Part shown: positions 36,654 through 46,729 of the stretch, piece by piece
Position numbering within the stretch: position 1 is the first letter of the stretch
How the letters are laid out: every line of letters begins with the position of its first letter
Translations under genes and position numbers: made by a program
The notes under the pieces: model-generated
Databases searched by the model: none
What the model saw: the letters and a program-made list of their open reading frames with translations, nothing else
What the model was told of the DNA's origin: nothing
Source: Alphaproteobacteria bacterium
Lineage (GTDB): Bacteria; Pseudomonadota; Alphaproteobacteria; RF32; CAG-239
Assembly (NCBI GenBank): GCA_017939155.1
Contig: JAGAZZ010000006.1
Span: 7,564 to 71,563, forward strand
Direction of reading: 5' to 3'
Length of the DNA: 64,000 bases

Positions 36654-38963
36654 TTATTCTTCGGCTTCCACGCTCTTTTCAGGCATCACATCTGCCGTTT
36701 CCGCCGGTGTTTCAACACCAACTTCAACCTTTTCAGGTTCAGATTGTGCATCAGATAACACATTTCCCTCAATAACTTCATTTTTAACTTCTGCTGCAGG
36801 CTCAACCTCAGGTTTTGCCTCCGCCGCAGATACCACCTCAGGCTCAACGGCTACCTCGGGTTTTGCTTCCACCGCAGGTACAACCTCTGCCTCAGGCTTA
36901 ACTTCTCCTTCAGATTCACTCTCAGACTTTGCCTCCGCCGTAGGTGCTACCTCAGGCTCGACCTCAACCTCGGGTTTTGCCTCCACCGCAGGCACTACCT
37001 CAGGCTCAGGCTTAGCTTCAACAACAGACTCTGTTTTCACCACCGGTTTCACGTCAATCACAGGTTTAGTCACTTCCGTAGAAATTTTAGCTAAAGCCTC
37101 CTTATTAAGTTCTTCCTGCCATTTTTGATAAATCCGACTGTGTTTTCTAAATTCTTCATACCAGTCCCGATAATTAGCCGCAATATTTGTAATTTTGCTA
37201 TCGCGAAGCATTGAGTTATTGATAAGGTTTTGTTTCAAATTCAACGCGTCCTCAACAGATAGCTTCATATCATCAACCGAATAGCACGCCTTTTGTCCCA
37301 AAATCTCGGAACGCGTCACATCGCTTGCCAAACAAATATCGGTATTAATCACAAAATTCGGCGCCTTTCCTCTTCTTATACCCAAATTAACCAACTTGTC
37401 TGCCACAAAATTACCATACCGTCCCGCCGGCATTCCTGCCAATTCACGCAAGGGGCTGACTCCTTGAACGATAATATCAGTATTTTGCAGTTTGTCATTG
37501 GTCTTCATTTTTTCCATAAACATTTGCATCAAGCCGATAAAACATTTAGCCTGGTCAGCGTAAGCTTTGCGCTTCAAATCAATACCGCCCGAATAATACG
37601 AATTGTCTTTAAGCGCCACCCAATCCTTTTGCTCTTTAAGGTTGCAAAACTCATCATAAAGATACAAATCAGACGGCAACTCAACAAAGCTCATATAAAC
37701 CACACCGTTTTTATCTTTGTAAAAATCACTATACACTTTATCAAAAATTGCCGGTGCACCCTCAATAGACAAGCGTCTGTTTTCTGAAATCACTCTCCAG
37801 CCTTTCATATAAGACATATCCAAAAGTGACTTTACACCGGATTTAAGGCTTATATTGTTAAAACTATGCACCCATTCACCCAAAAGCGCAAAAATATTTT
37901 TTTCAAGCGTACTTTTTTTGTTATATAACGAAACTAAACCGTTCTCTTTCACCACGCACCTATCGGTAAACATCGTCCCGGCCTTATAGCAGAAATTAAA
38001 CAGCGGCATCGGATAAGTGCTTGTCTTAATCCCGTCTTTTGCCAAAGTTCCATAAAGCTTATTGTCTTCAAGCGCTCTAGTATCCAAAGAATTATGCAAG
38101 AAATTCCAATCATTCAAAATTTCGGCATACCCCCTAATTCCGCTCGAGGTACTGGTGTAATCCACTAAATTAAAAATATCGACAATATTGCTGACCGTGT
38201 CATTTTTTTGCACAAAAGCGTTCGGATAAACTTCAAAATCATTAACAGCATAAAACCCTAACATCATATCGCGCAACTCGCGGAAATTAATATCCTTAAC
38301 CGTGCTCAAAAAATGATACGACGGGAATTTTGGCGCCATCAAATAAACCGTGTTTTTATCTTTTGCGTCGGTCTTCATAACCCCAAGCTCTTTAACGGTG
38401 CTAAAGTTGCCTGTCGGTTTCTTGCCCATTTCAGTTTGATACACCCCGATTCCCAAAGAGCTTGCCACCATCAAAACACCGAGAAAGATAAACCCCGTAT
38501 TTCTGAAAGCAAAAAAGACAATAACCGCCAATACCAACCCAATCAGCCAATTTGACGGAATAAACCCGATAAAGCTCAAAAAGCTTGCGTGCTCTATAAG
38601 CCAAACTTCAATAAAATTGCTGACATTAAACAACGCAAATTGGTCTAAAAAAACCAGCGTCATCAAAAGCATCATAACCGCACAAAAAATATCTTGCGCC
38701 ACACCTGATTGAGATAAAAGCAACATAATCACCAAAAAGAGCGCAAAGAAACCGCCCGCAATATAAACCATCGCCTCATTAACAACACCGTTTTCCATAA
38801 CTCTGCCGTTAATGGAATAAACAAACATCACAAAATCAAGCACAACTAACAAGCTGACAAATAAAGCTCTCAATATCCTATCAAAAAAACTGTTTGTCGC
38901 AGTTTCTAAAATACTCAATTTTTTTTTATTATTTGTGCGATTAATTTGAACGGTCTCTGTCAT
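36654..38963 (-). CDS. Large polytopic membrane protein with an acidic Pro/Glu/Val-rich repetitive C-terminal tail
   Basis: 769 aa with about 6 N-terminal TM segments and a large extracytoplasmic domain. The C-terminus carries repeats VVPAVEAKPEV(E/A)VEPEV. The family was not recognised. Confidence 0.7.
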   Translation of the reverse strand: MTETVQINRTNNKKKLSILETATNSFFDRILRALFVSLLVVLDFVMFVYSINGRVMENGVVNEAMVYIAGGFFALFLVIMLLLSQSGVAQDIFCAVMMLLMTLVFLDQFALFNVSNFIEVWLIEHASFLSFIGFIPSNWLIGLVLAVIVFFAFRNTGFIFLGVLMVASSLGIGVYQTEMGKKPTGNFSTVKELGVMKTDAKDKNTVYLMAPKFPSYHFLSTVKDINFRELRDMMLGFYAVNDFEVYPNAFVQKNDTVSNIVDIFNLVDYTSTSSGIRGYAEILNDWNFLHNSLDTRALEDNKLYGTLAKDGIKTSTYPMPLFNFCYKAGTMFTDRCVVKENGLVSLYNKKSTLEKNIFALLGEWVHSFNNISLKSGVKSLLDMSYMKGWRVISENRRLSIEGAPAIFDKVYSDFYKDKNGVVYMSFVELPSDLYLYDEFCNLKEQKDWVALKDNSYYSGGIDLKRKAYADQAKCFIGLMQMFMEKMKTNDKLQNTDIIVQGVSPLRELAGMPAGRYGNFVADKLVNLGIRRGKAPNFVINTDICLASDVTRSEILGQKACYSVDDMKLSVEDALNLKQNLINNSMLRDSKITNIAANYRDWYEEFRKHSRIYQKWQEELNKEALAKISTEVTKPVIDVKPVVKTESVVEAKPEPEVVPAVEAKPEVEVEPEVAPTAEAKSESESEGEVKPEAEVVPAVEAKPEVAVEPEVVSAAEAKPEVEPAAEVKNEVIEGNVLSDAQSEPEKVEVGVETPAETADVMPEKSVEAEE
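36817..37024 (-). repeat. Intragenic tandem repeat (period ~114 nt) encoding the PE-rich tail
   Basis: gcctccgccg...cctcgggttttgc(c/t)tccaccgcagg... recurs at 36817 and 36931. Confidence 0.75.
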
Positions 38964-39100
38964 TTTTACCTCATCAATAAAATTGTTTTGTTTAACACTA
39001 TCCCATATTGTTAAATAAAAACTTAAAAAAAATTCTTTCCCCTAAAAATATAACAAACGATATATCTTGAATTTTTAAAATTCGCCGTTATACTGAGAGA

Positions 39101-39412
39101 AGTTTCTCTTTTTGAAACTATGATACGAAAAGCCGTATGGAATAGGTATATTGGACCCGGGGGCGGTACCCGGCGCCTCCACCAAAAATCTTTTAAGGGG
39201 GCGAAACAGGTTTGACAGTATATAGTAAAGATATGAGGCTGTATTCGGCAGGATACCACCGTTATCGGTTCAAATAAAATAAACGCAAATGATAATTTTG
39301 CACCTGTTGCCGTAGCTGCTTAATCAGGCAAAGCAACAAACTAAAATTCTTTAGGCTTTGGTTAGCATAAAGTGGGGAAGGAGCCGCCTAGCAACAGAAC
39401 GGCTCATTTTAT
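39101..39412 (+). ncRNA. ssrA: Two-piece (circularly permuted) tmRNA
   Basis: Promoter TTGAAT (39067-39072), 16 nt, TATACT (39089-39094). The acceptor piece ends CCGGG-GGCGGTA-CCCGG-CGCCTCC-ACCA (to 39184). The coding piece starts GGGGGCGAAACAGGTTTGAC (39197), pairing with the acceptor 3' strand with a G3-U pair. The tag ORF gca aat gat aat ttt gca cct gtt gcc gta gct gct TAA (39285-39323) encodes ANDNFAPVAVAA. A terminal hairpin GAGCCG..CGGCTC plus a T-run follows. Confidence 0.88.
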
Positions 39413-39436
39413 TTGTAATAAAAAGCGAGGCTTAAA

Positions 39437-39901
39437 ATGACAGATTTTGTAAGTGAAATAAATTATGACAAATTAATCGAACAGGCTCTCAAGCAGGTTG
39501 TTGTGGATGCCCTAAAGATTGCCGAGCTCCAAGGCTTGCCCGGTGAAAACCATTTTTATATCACTTTCAAAACCGACCACCCCGAAACAATCATCCCTAA
39601 AGACTTAAAAATCCAATATCCCGAAAGTATGACCATTGTTTTACAACACCAATACTCAAATTTGGTTGTCACAAGCGATTCGTTTTCGGTAGAATTAAGT
39701 TTCGGCGGTCGTCTTCAAACTCTGATTATCCCGTTTGATGCCATCACCTATTTTGCTGACCCGTATGCAAAATTCGGTTTAAGCTTTTCGTTTTATGAAA
39801 ATGGCGACGTTCATTCGCTTGATGATATTGAACCTGAAAAGAAAGTTTCCGGCGAAACAGCGCAAATCATCTCTTTTGACAGTTTCAGGAAAAAACAATA
39901 A
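39437..39901 (+). CDS. sspB: ClpXP adaptor SspB (alpha-proteobacterial type)
   Basis: The LPGENHFYITFKT..P....P..L...YPESMTIVLQHQ....V....F.V.LSFGG....L.IPF.AI..F.DP pattern is characteristic of SspB. Confidence 0.78.
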   Translation: MTDFVSEINYDKLIEQALKQVVVDALKIAELQGLPGENHFYITFKTDHPETIIPKDLKIQYPESMTIVLQHQYSNLVVTSDSFSVELSFGGRLQTLIIPFDAITYFADPYAKFGLSFSFYENGDVHSLDDIEPEKKVSGETAQIISFDSFRKKQ

Positions 39902-40125
39902 TGAAAAAATTTTCCGTTGTCATCGCCAACCGTCACGCCACCAGCGTTTCGCTTGAAGATGAATTTTATCTTGAACTCCTAAACCTTGCCAAAGAGCAAA
40001 ACTTAACCCTAAACAGCCTTATCACCAATATTGATAAAACACGTTTAACGCCAAACCTCTCCTCGGCAATTCGCATCTATATTCTAAAAACGTTGCGTCA
40101 AAAGCTCGAGAAATCCTTAAAATAA
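39901..40125 (+). CDS. Ribbon-helix-helix domain protein (RHH_4-like)
   Basis: The RHATSVSLEDEFYLELLNLAKEQNLTLNSLITNID......NLSSAIRIYIL pattern. 74 aa, with its start overlapping the sspB stop. Confidence 0.7.
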   Translation: MKKFSVVIANRHATSVSLEDEFYLELLNLAKEQNLTLNSLITNIDKTRLTPNLSSAIRIYILKTLRQKLEKSLK

Positions 40126-40842
40126 GTCAAATTCCGACTCATCTTCAGAACTTTTTTCCTCTTTCGGCTCAGCCTTAACCTCTAAAGCTTGTGTTTCAGG
40201 CACAATAGTCTGCACCTCGGGCTTTACATCTTCAACTTCAGGCTCGACTTCAACCGCTACAGACTTATCCTCTGTTGTAACCTCAGGCACTTGATTTTCT
40301 TTTTTCAAAATTCCCGCCAACCCGCCGGCTTTAACCCCGCTTTCCTCAAGCAAAACCGCCGCGTCATCTTCTTTATCTGAAACAACTTCAGAATCATTTG
40401 CCTTTTTCTTAAACCCGCTGCGTTTTTTCAAACCAGCTTTGGTTTCTTCAATCTTTTTATCCCGAACAACTTTTTTATTATAATTTTCACCTTTCGGACG
40501 TTTGCTTTCTTCAAGTTCTTCCTTATACTCTTGTTTTATCCGCGCCACATCCGAAGCCAACCCCTCCGGCACCAAATCAACTGCGCCGCTCTCTAATGCC
40601 TTAGACACGGTTTGAACCTTAACTGTCTGATACTGCGCTTGATACCAACTCAAAATATTATCAAACGCAACGCCTTTGCTCATCGGAAAATAAATAACCC
40701 CGCACCCTAAAACCAGCAAGACAAACAAAAACCATACCGGATGCCTGAAAATAAACAGCACCGCAAATATCGGAAACGTTATCACGCTCAAGGTCACATA
40801 AAAAAACTTAAAAACGGCACTTCTTTCTCTTACTTCGCTCAT
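40117..40842 (-). CDS. Membrane-anchored protein with an acidic PE-rich tail
   Basis: Two N-terminal TM segments and a C-terminus VEVEPEVEDVKPEVQTIVPETQALEVKAEPKEE. 241 aa. Confidence 0.6.
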   Translation of the reverse strand: MSEVRERSAVFKFFYVTLSVITFPIFAVLFIFRHPVWFLFVLLVLGCGVIYFPMSKGVAFDNILSWYQAQYQTVKVQTVSKALESGAVDLVPEGLASDVARIKQEYKEELEESKRPKGENYNKKVVRDKKIEETKAGLKKRSGFKKKANDSEVVSDKEDDAAVLLEESGVKAGGLAGILKKENQVPEVTTEDKSVAVEVEPEVEDVKPEVQTIVPETQALEVKAEPKEEKSSEDESEFDLF

Positions 40843-40915
40843 AAACTTTTCCTCTCAATTTAAGGCACAAATCTATCATAAAGTTTTTTGTTTAAAACTT
40901 ATTTAACAGATTCAT

Positions 40916-42430
40916 TTAATCTGCGTAACGCCACTTTCCGCTCACCATATCTTTCACGCACGCCCGGTTATCATACTCTTTTTTTAACACATAAATCGGG
41001 TTAAACGGCGTCACCTCATAATACGTCTTAATCAAATCCATATCAAGATAATGGACAATCTCTTTACGTCCGCTCTCTGATGAAAATTTATTAAAGTAAT
41101 TCATACCAAACACAAACTTCGGCTTTAATTCCCTAATCAACTGGTTAATATCAGGTTTAGGCTTAATCCCCGTTTGTTCACCGATAACATCAAGCTGACC
41201 GATAAGTTGCCAATAATACGCCGGGTCTTTACCGAAAATATTATACATCATTCCATCCCCGTTAAACACATAATCGCAAGGAGTAATCTGTCTTGTAATG
41301 TAATCCGGTAAATATGGCTTTTCCTTGCTATCCTGATAATAATCGTAATAAACGCCCACCGTTCTTATAAACAAATAAAACAATCCCCCGAGCACGACCA
41401 AACTAACAGCTCGATTTTTCCCGTTTAACTTCCATAAAAGCGGCATTCCGCAAAGCGCCGCAAAATAAACCAATGTCCAATAATAATACGAATAAGGCGA
41501 AAAATAAAACCGTCGTTGCAGATATTCGCTGACAAACAAAAACGCGCAAACTATCCAATATTTATTACAAGAAAGCAGAGCGCCTATCACTCCGCCCCAA
41601 CCGACACACATCAAAACGGCAATATAAATCGGAAATTCGGCAATTTTCGTCATCTCAAAACCGTCAGCCAAATTAAGGTTAAACGTATAATTTGACTTAA
41701 AATAAAGCTCCACCATATCATAATGGTACAAATAAAGCAAAAATGCTCCGCAGCCCGCAAGCGGCAAAATCAGCGCTTTTATCAAATCTTTCGTCACAAT
41801 CTCTTTTTTATACCAAAAATAAAGCCCCGTCAGCCCTAAAAAAAACAACGGAAACAACGCCTTTTGCGCAAACATAAACCCGACAAAAAACCACAAAAAC
41901 GCCACCGTCAAAAACGCCGGCTTCTTCTCTTTCAAATAACTGAAATAATAATAAATTCCCCCCGTCAAACAAAAAATCATATAATTATCCGGTCTGAAAT
42001 CAACCGCAAAAAGCTTTCCTCCGGGCGTAGCAATAACAGCCGCCGCCGTAAGCCCCCAAAACTTATCGCACAAAAAGCCGCTGCATATCCGATACACATA
42101 CACCAACGACTTCAAAAACACCAAAAACGATACAAAACAAGCCGCCTCGGCAATCGTCGCATTATAAGAAAAAAGTTTTGCCACCGGTGCAAACAAATAC
42201 CATAACAGCGGATTATGATGTTGGAAAAAATCCCGGTACGGCACCTCACCTGTTGCCACCAAAAAACTCGAATGAATATGCTCAATGTTATCCCCGTTCA
42301 ATGTCGGCAGCAAAACTGACATCAACGCATAAAACACCGCCACCCCGATAAGATACAGCCAAACCGCCCCCATCGGAACATACTTAAAAAAAATCTCTTT
42401 AGCTTTTTGAAAACGTACCGAACAAAACAA
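40916..42430 (-). CDS. Polytopic membrane protein, GT-C (ArnT/PMT-like) glycosyltransferase candidate
   Basis: More than 10 TM segments. The first loop GEVPYRDFFQHHNPLLWYLFAP resembles the G.PY..KPPL.YW loop of GT39/GT83 enzymes. The start is uncertain (non-ATG at 42430 or ATG at 42373). Confidence 0.55.
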   Translation of the reverse strand: MFCSVRFQKAKEIFFKYVPMGAVWLYLIGVAVFYALMSVLLPTLNGDNIEHIHSSFLVATGEVPYRDFFQHHNPLLWYLFAPVAKLFSYNATIAEAACFVSFLVFLKSLVYVYRICSGFLCDKFWGLTAAAVIATPGGKLFAVDFRPDNYMIFCLTGGIYYYFSYLKEKKPAFLTVAFLWFFVGFMFAQKALFPLFFLGLTGLYFWYKKEIVTKDLIKALILPLAGCGAFLLYLYHYDMVELYFKSNYTFNLNLADGFEMTKIAEFPIYIAVLMCVGWGGVIGALLSCNKYWIVCAFLFVSEYLQRRFYFSPYSYYYWTLVYFAALCGMPLLWKLNGKNRAVSLVVLGGLFYLFIRTVGVYYDYYQDSKEKPYLPDYITRQITPCDYVFNGDGMMYNIFGKDPAYYWQLIGQLDVIGEQTGIKPKPDINQLIRELKPKFVFGMNYFNKFSSESGRKEIVHYLDMDLIKTYYEVTPFNPIYVLKKEYDNRACVKDMVSGKWRYAD

Positions 42431-42501
42431 AACTTTTTCCTTTTCAACCTCTAAAAAACTCTATCAGGCAGAAGCTTCCCCCCTGCCTGACTTTATCTAA
42501 A

Positions 42502-44625
42502 CTAGCGCCATTTTTTAACCACATCTAAAATACGCCGATACCCGTCATTTGACGCCATATCTTCAATATCCACCGGAACGCGGCTTCTCCAGTTCGGATA
42601 CTTGTCAATATCCGTCCCCGGCAAATTCTGCAACTTCATCGATAAGAAAATATCCTCCGGTTGCATAATAAAAATCTCGCTGTTGGTTTTAGCCATATAA
42701 GCATGAACTGCCTCTTCAAGCCCCTCAGGGAAACCCTCACCGTAAATATAATCAGATTTTCTCAAATTATCTTGCGGCCAAACACCCTCACCGTCTAACG
42801 CTTCAAGCAACAGTTTACGCTCGTGGTCGCGCCAATGATAAGCCTTGTCAACCTCTTCTGCCGTTAACATCCCCAGCTCTTTCATTGTTGTCTGCTCAAC
42901 CGCAAACCACCACGCTTTAAGCGGCGGCATATCATGCGTACCGATAGAAGCTACATATTTGGCATCAAACTCATGCGGACGGCGAACCGTACCAAAATCA
43001 TCTGTATGTTCGCACCACAAAACCCCCAAAGAATAAATATTGCGCGCCGTCAATCGCTCACGATAACTCCCTTCAACATTACCGATACATTCACCAACAA
43101 CCACGCATCTATTCAAATAACTTTCAAGCGCCAAAATATTAAGCATATCTTTTTCGTTATAACGGATATACGTTCCCTCTTCTTTATCATTCGGAATCAC
43201 ATATAATCTGGACAAGCCCATAATATGGTCAATACGAACCGCGCCCGCGTATTTCATATTTGCCCGCAAAATCCGAATAAACGGCTTATAGCAACGTTCT
43301 TTTAGCTCAAACGGATTAAACGCCCCGAGCCCCCATTTTTGTCCGGTCGGGAAAGCATTATCCGGCGGCGCCCCCGCACCGCTTTTTTGCATATAAAGAT
43401 ATTTGTCGTTCCAAACCTCAGCGCTGTTTTGTGACACGCCGACCGGCAAATCGCGATACAGCCCGACCGCCATATTTTTCTTTTTAATTTCTTCATAAAC
43501 CTCTTTAAGCTGTCTGTCCGCCTCAAATTGCAAAAATTTAAAAAAGTTGATTTCATCTTTATGTTTGTTCACAAACTCTTTAATACCGCGACCGGCAAAA
43601 GAACTTACCCCCTTAGCTTCAACCGCGCTGAATTCTCCGTTCTTTTTCGCGCTGTTAATAGCCTCAAGCACCGCCAAACAATGCAGTCCGCCCTCATCAG
43701 CCTTAACAAACTTTTCAAACGCTTTATAATACGCCTCACCCTTGCGTTCATTAACTCTGACAAAGATATTCTTTAACGCCCTCATTTTAGCATTATAAAT
43801 CGTCGTATAGTCAATATTTTCTTTTTCTTTAGCCTGCTTGATTGCCTCTTCGTCCTTATCTCCTTGTTCATAATAAGGCACCTTAGTCACATCAATATAA
43901 ATCGGGTTTAAAAACAATCTGCTGACCGAAGCGTATGGGCTCGCCTGCTCGGGATAATCATGCTCTAACACGCTGAGCGGATTAAGCCCGATAATATCCC
44001 CGCCGTCTTGAGCCAAAATATCAACCATATTCGCTAAATCCGTAAAATCGCCGACACCCCAGTTTCTGCGGCTCTTTAACGCATAAAGCTGCAACGCAAA
44101 GCCAAATAATTTTTCTTTGCCTTTTTTATCTAAGGCATAACATTGTTTCGGCGCCACCGCCAAAACGGTTTTATACTCTTTGCCCGACACTTTTGCCATA
44201 ATATCATAATACCCGAGCGCCACGTCTTCTTTAATCTCAGCGCGAAACTTAACCAAAGGCGTCCGCCCCTCATGATAAGTTTCAATTTCAGATAACCATA
44301 CATTAAGCGGCTGATAATCTCCCGAATCTTCTTTGGCAATAAAAAATTCAACCTCTTCGCCTTGTTTTAAAACAATATCAAAAACCTTATCATCTTCTTC
44401 TACCACATAAACAGCTTCCATCACCCTCTGCCAGCGCTTTTTAGAAAGTTTAGCTAAAGAGGCTTCCATCGCCGCGTCATCTGTTGCATCATAGCCCATA
44501 CTTTTGATAAAAAATTTCAACACGTCATCAGAAACATTAACCGCTTTTTCAACACCGCCGCTGGTATAAGTAAAACTTGTACTGATATTTAACGTATTTG
44601 CAAGCTCATGCAACAACTCACTCAT
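42502..44625 (-). CDS. malQ: 4-alpha-glucanotransferase (amylomaltase, long form)
   Basis: GH77 core (GAAPD..F...GQ.WG, VRIDH.MG). About 707 aa with an N-terminal extension as in enterobacterial MalQ. The second ATG (44625) has better GGGAG spacing than 44631. Confidence 0.9.
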   Translation of the reverse strand: MSELLHELANTLNISTSFTYTSGGVEKAVNVSDDVLKFFIKSMGYDATDDAAMEASLAKLSKKRWQRVMEAVYVVEEDDKVFDIVLKQGEEVEFFIAKEDSGDYQPLNVWLSEIETYHEGRTPLVKFRAEIKEDVALGYYDIMAKVSGKEYKTVLAVAPKQCYALDKKGKEKLFGFALQLYALKSRRNWGVGDFTDLANMVDILAQDGGDIIGLNPLSVLEHDYPEQASPYASVSRLFLNPIYIDVTKVPYYEQGDKDEEAIKQAKEKENIDYTTIYNAKMRALKNIFVRVNERKGEAYYKAFEKFVKADEGGLHCLAVLEAINSAKKNGEFSAVEAKGVSSFAGRGIKEFVNKHKDEINFFKFLQFEADRQLKEVYEEIKKKNMAVGLYRDLPVGVSQNSAEVWNDKYLYMQKSGAGAPPDNAFPTGQKWGLGAFNPFELKERCYKPFIRILRANMKYAGAVRIDHIMGLSRLYVIPNDKEEGTYIRYNEKDMLNILALESYLNRCVVVGECIGNVEGSYRERLTARNIYSLGVLWCEHTDDFGTVRRPHEFDAKYVASIGTHDMPPLKAWWFAVEQTTMKELGMLTAEEVDKAYHWRDHERKLLLEALDGEGVWPQDNLRKSDYIYGEGFPEGLEEAVHAYMAKTNSEIFIMQPEDIFLSMKLQNLPGTDIDKYPNWRSRVPVDIEDMASNDGYRRILDVVKKWR

Positions 44626-44635
44626 AAACATCTCC

Positions 44636-46711
44636 CTACTTTTTTATCTCAAAACAAAGAACAGACCACGCCGGAACCCAAATCTCGGCGCCTCCCGTAA
44701 TTTTTTCAGCCTCAAATTTGGCTGACGTATCTAATAATAAATTCCATTTATACGATTTCTTAAAATGAGGCAACTTCCAACTGACATTATTAGCATTTGC
44801 GTTCATAATCACCATAAACAGCTTTTCGTGCGCCGTCACCACATACGACAACGCGCGCCTGTTAGACTGAAACCAATCGTTTTGCAAAAACTCAACGCCT
44901 TTTTCCGTATACCACGCTAAGTCTTTAAACCCTTGCTTATCGTCCGTCACGCTACCTGAAAAGAAATTTCTGCGATTAAAAATTCCCATCCGTTTACGCA
45001 GCTTAATCAACCCTTTTATAAAACGAATATTATTGATTTCATCTCCGCCCAAAGCTTCCCAAACCATATAGGAAATAACATTATCCTGACAATAAGCATT
45101 ATTGTTGCCAAACTGGGTTTTTAAAAACTCATCTCCCCCGCGCCAAATTGGCGTTCCGAAAGACAAAAACAACGTTGCCGCCATCGCTCTTTGCCTGAGT
45201 TTTCTGTTTTCAAGCACTTGTTTATCCGTGCTCATTCCCTCAATACCGGAATTCCAGCTCCAGTTGGCGTCTGTTCCGTCACGATTGTCTTCACCGTTCG
45301 CCTGATTATGCTTATGGTTATAAGTCACCAAATCATTTAACGTCATTCCGTCATGCACGGCGATATAATTTACTGAGCTCCAAATTGTCCGCCGGCTCGG
45401 TCCGAAAATATCGCTTGAACCGGAAAGCCTGCTCGCCAGTTCACCAATCTGTCGGTCATCTCCGCGCCAAAAACGTCTGACCACATCCCGATAGCGGTCG
45501 TTCCACTCTAAACACCCCGGATAAAACGCCCCGAGTTGGTATCCGCCAATGCCGACATCCCAAGGCTCCGCCGCCACTTTAACCAGTTGCATCACCTCAT
45601 CTTGGCGCATAGACATCAAAAAGCCGCTCCCCTGATTAAACTCATGGCGAACTCTTGCCAAAGACGTCGCTAAATCAAGCCTGAAGCCATCAACGTGCAT
45701 TTCTTCAACCATATACCGCATAGAGTCCATAACAAGCGTCAAAACGTATGGATTTTGCACATTAAACGACGCCCCGCAACCGGTACTGTCGTAATAATAA
45801 CGCTTGTTGGCATCGTCTAGCGTATAATAACTCTCATTGTCAATTCCCCGATAGCAAAGCGTCGGTCCTAAATGATTTCCCTCAAAAGTATGGTTATAAA
45901 CCATATCGAGGATAACCTCGAGTCCCTCTTTGTGAAAACGTTTGACCATTTTCTTAAAATCATCAACTTTTCCACCCACTAAATAGCTCGGCTCGAACGC
46001 AAAAAAGCTTAAACTCTCATACCCCCAAAAATTCTCTTTCAACCCCTTATTGCGTTCTGCCATAAACGCACTCACGGGCATTAATTCAACAGATGTCACT
46101 CCAAGCCATTTCAAATAACTGCAAACGCTGCGGCTGGCTAGTCCTGCAAACGTCCCGCGTTTGGCGTCCTGAACTTTCGGATGAAGTTTAGTAAACCCTT
46201 TGACATGCAGTTCATAAAAAATCGTTTTAGCGGCATCAACCTGCGGCGGCACATCATCTTCCCAGTCAAACGAACTGGCTTTTGTGACAACCGACTTTGG
46301 AACGTATGGCGCACTGTCAAGCGTTGAAAAAGACAAATCTTTTTCCGGGCTATCCGTATCATAGCCGAAAATCGCTTTATGCCAAATCAACCGACCGATA
46401 ATCTTTTTAGCGTATGGGTCAAGCAAAAGTTTATTCGGATTAAACCGCTTTCCTTTTGTCGGTTCATACGGTCCGTAAACCCGATACCCGTAAACCTGTC
46501 CGGGTTCAACCCCTTCAAGGTAAATATGCCAGATATTATTCTCGCGAACAGATACTTCATAACGCGCTGTTTCTCTCACACCACTCTTATCAAACAAACA
46601 AAGTTCAACTTTGGTGGCTCCGGCAGAAAACAAAGCGAAATTCACGCCCCACTCATCAGGAGTGGCTCCCAGCGGATAAGCTCTTCCGTCCCAAACTTTA
46701 ATATCCGGCAT
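44636..46711 (-). CDS. glgX: Glycogen debranching enzyme GlgX
   Basis: The N-terminus PLGAT....GVNFALFS and the GH13 regions DMVYNHT, DGFRLDLA and YIAVHDG. 691 aa. Confidence 0.93.
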   Translation of the reverse strand: MPDIKVWDGRAYPLGATPDEWGVNFALFSAGATKVELCLFDKSGVRETARYEVSVRENNIWHIYLEGVEPGQVYGYRVYGPYEPTKGKRFNPNKLLLDPYAKKIIGRLIWHKAIFGYDTDSPEKDLSFSTLDSAPYVPKSVVTKASSFDWEDDVPPQVDAAKTIFYELHVKGFTKLHPKVQDAKRGTFAGLASRSVCSYLKWLGVTSVELMPVSAFMAERNKGLKENFWGYESLSFFAFEPSYLVGGKVDDFKKMVKRFHKEGLEVILDMVYNHTFEGNHLGPTLCYRGIDNESYYTLDDANKRYYYDSTGCGASFNVQNPYVLTLVMDSMRYMVEEMHVDGFRLDLATSLARVRHEFNQGSGFLMSMRQDEVMQLVKVAAEPWDVGIGGYQLGAFYPGCLEWNDRYRDVVRRFWRGDDRQIGELASRLSGSSDIFGPSRRTIWSSVNYIAVHDGMTLNDLVTYNHKHNQANGEDNRDGTDANWSWNSGIEGMSTDKQVLENRKLRQRAMAATLFLSFGTPIWRGGDEFLKTQFGNNNAYCQDNVISYMVWEALGGDEINNIRFIKGLIKLRKRMGIFNRRNFFSGSVTDDKQGFKDLAWYTEKGVEFLQNDWFQSNRRALSYVVTAHEKLFMVIMNANANNVSWKLPHFKKSYKWNLLLDTSAKFEAEKITGGAEIWVPAWSVLCFEIKK

Positions 46712-46729
46712 ATTGCTCCTCTACAAAAA

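Noticed and set aside
36649-37128. 159-aa Ser/Thr/Gly/Ala-rich plus-strand ORF
   Set aside because: It is the mirror-frame artefact of the PE-rich repeat tail of the 769-aa minus-strand gene. It is low complexity and has no start context.
39023-39259. 78-aa minus-strand ORF
   Set aside because: It lies antisense to the tmRNA gene and its promoter. The tmRNA features (T-arm, G-U acceptor pair, tag ORF) explain the region.
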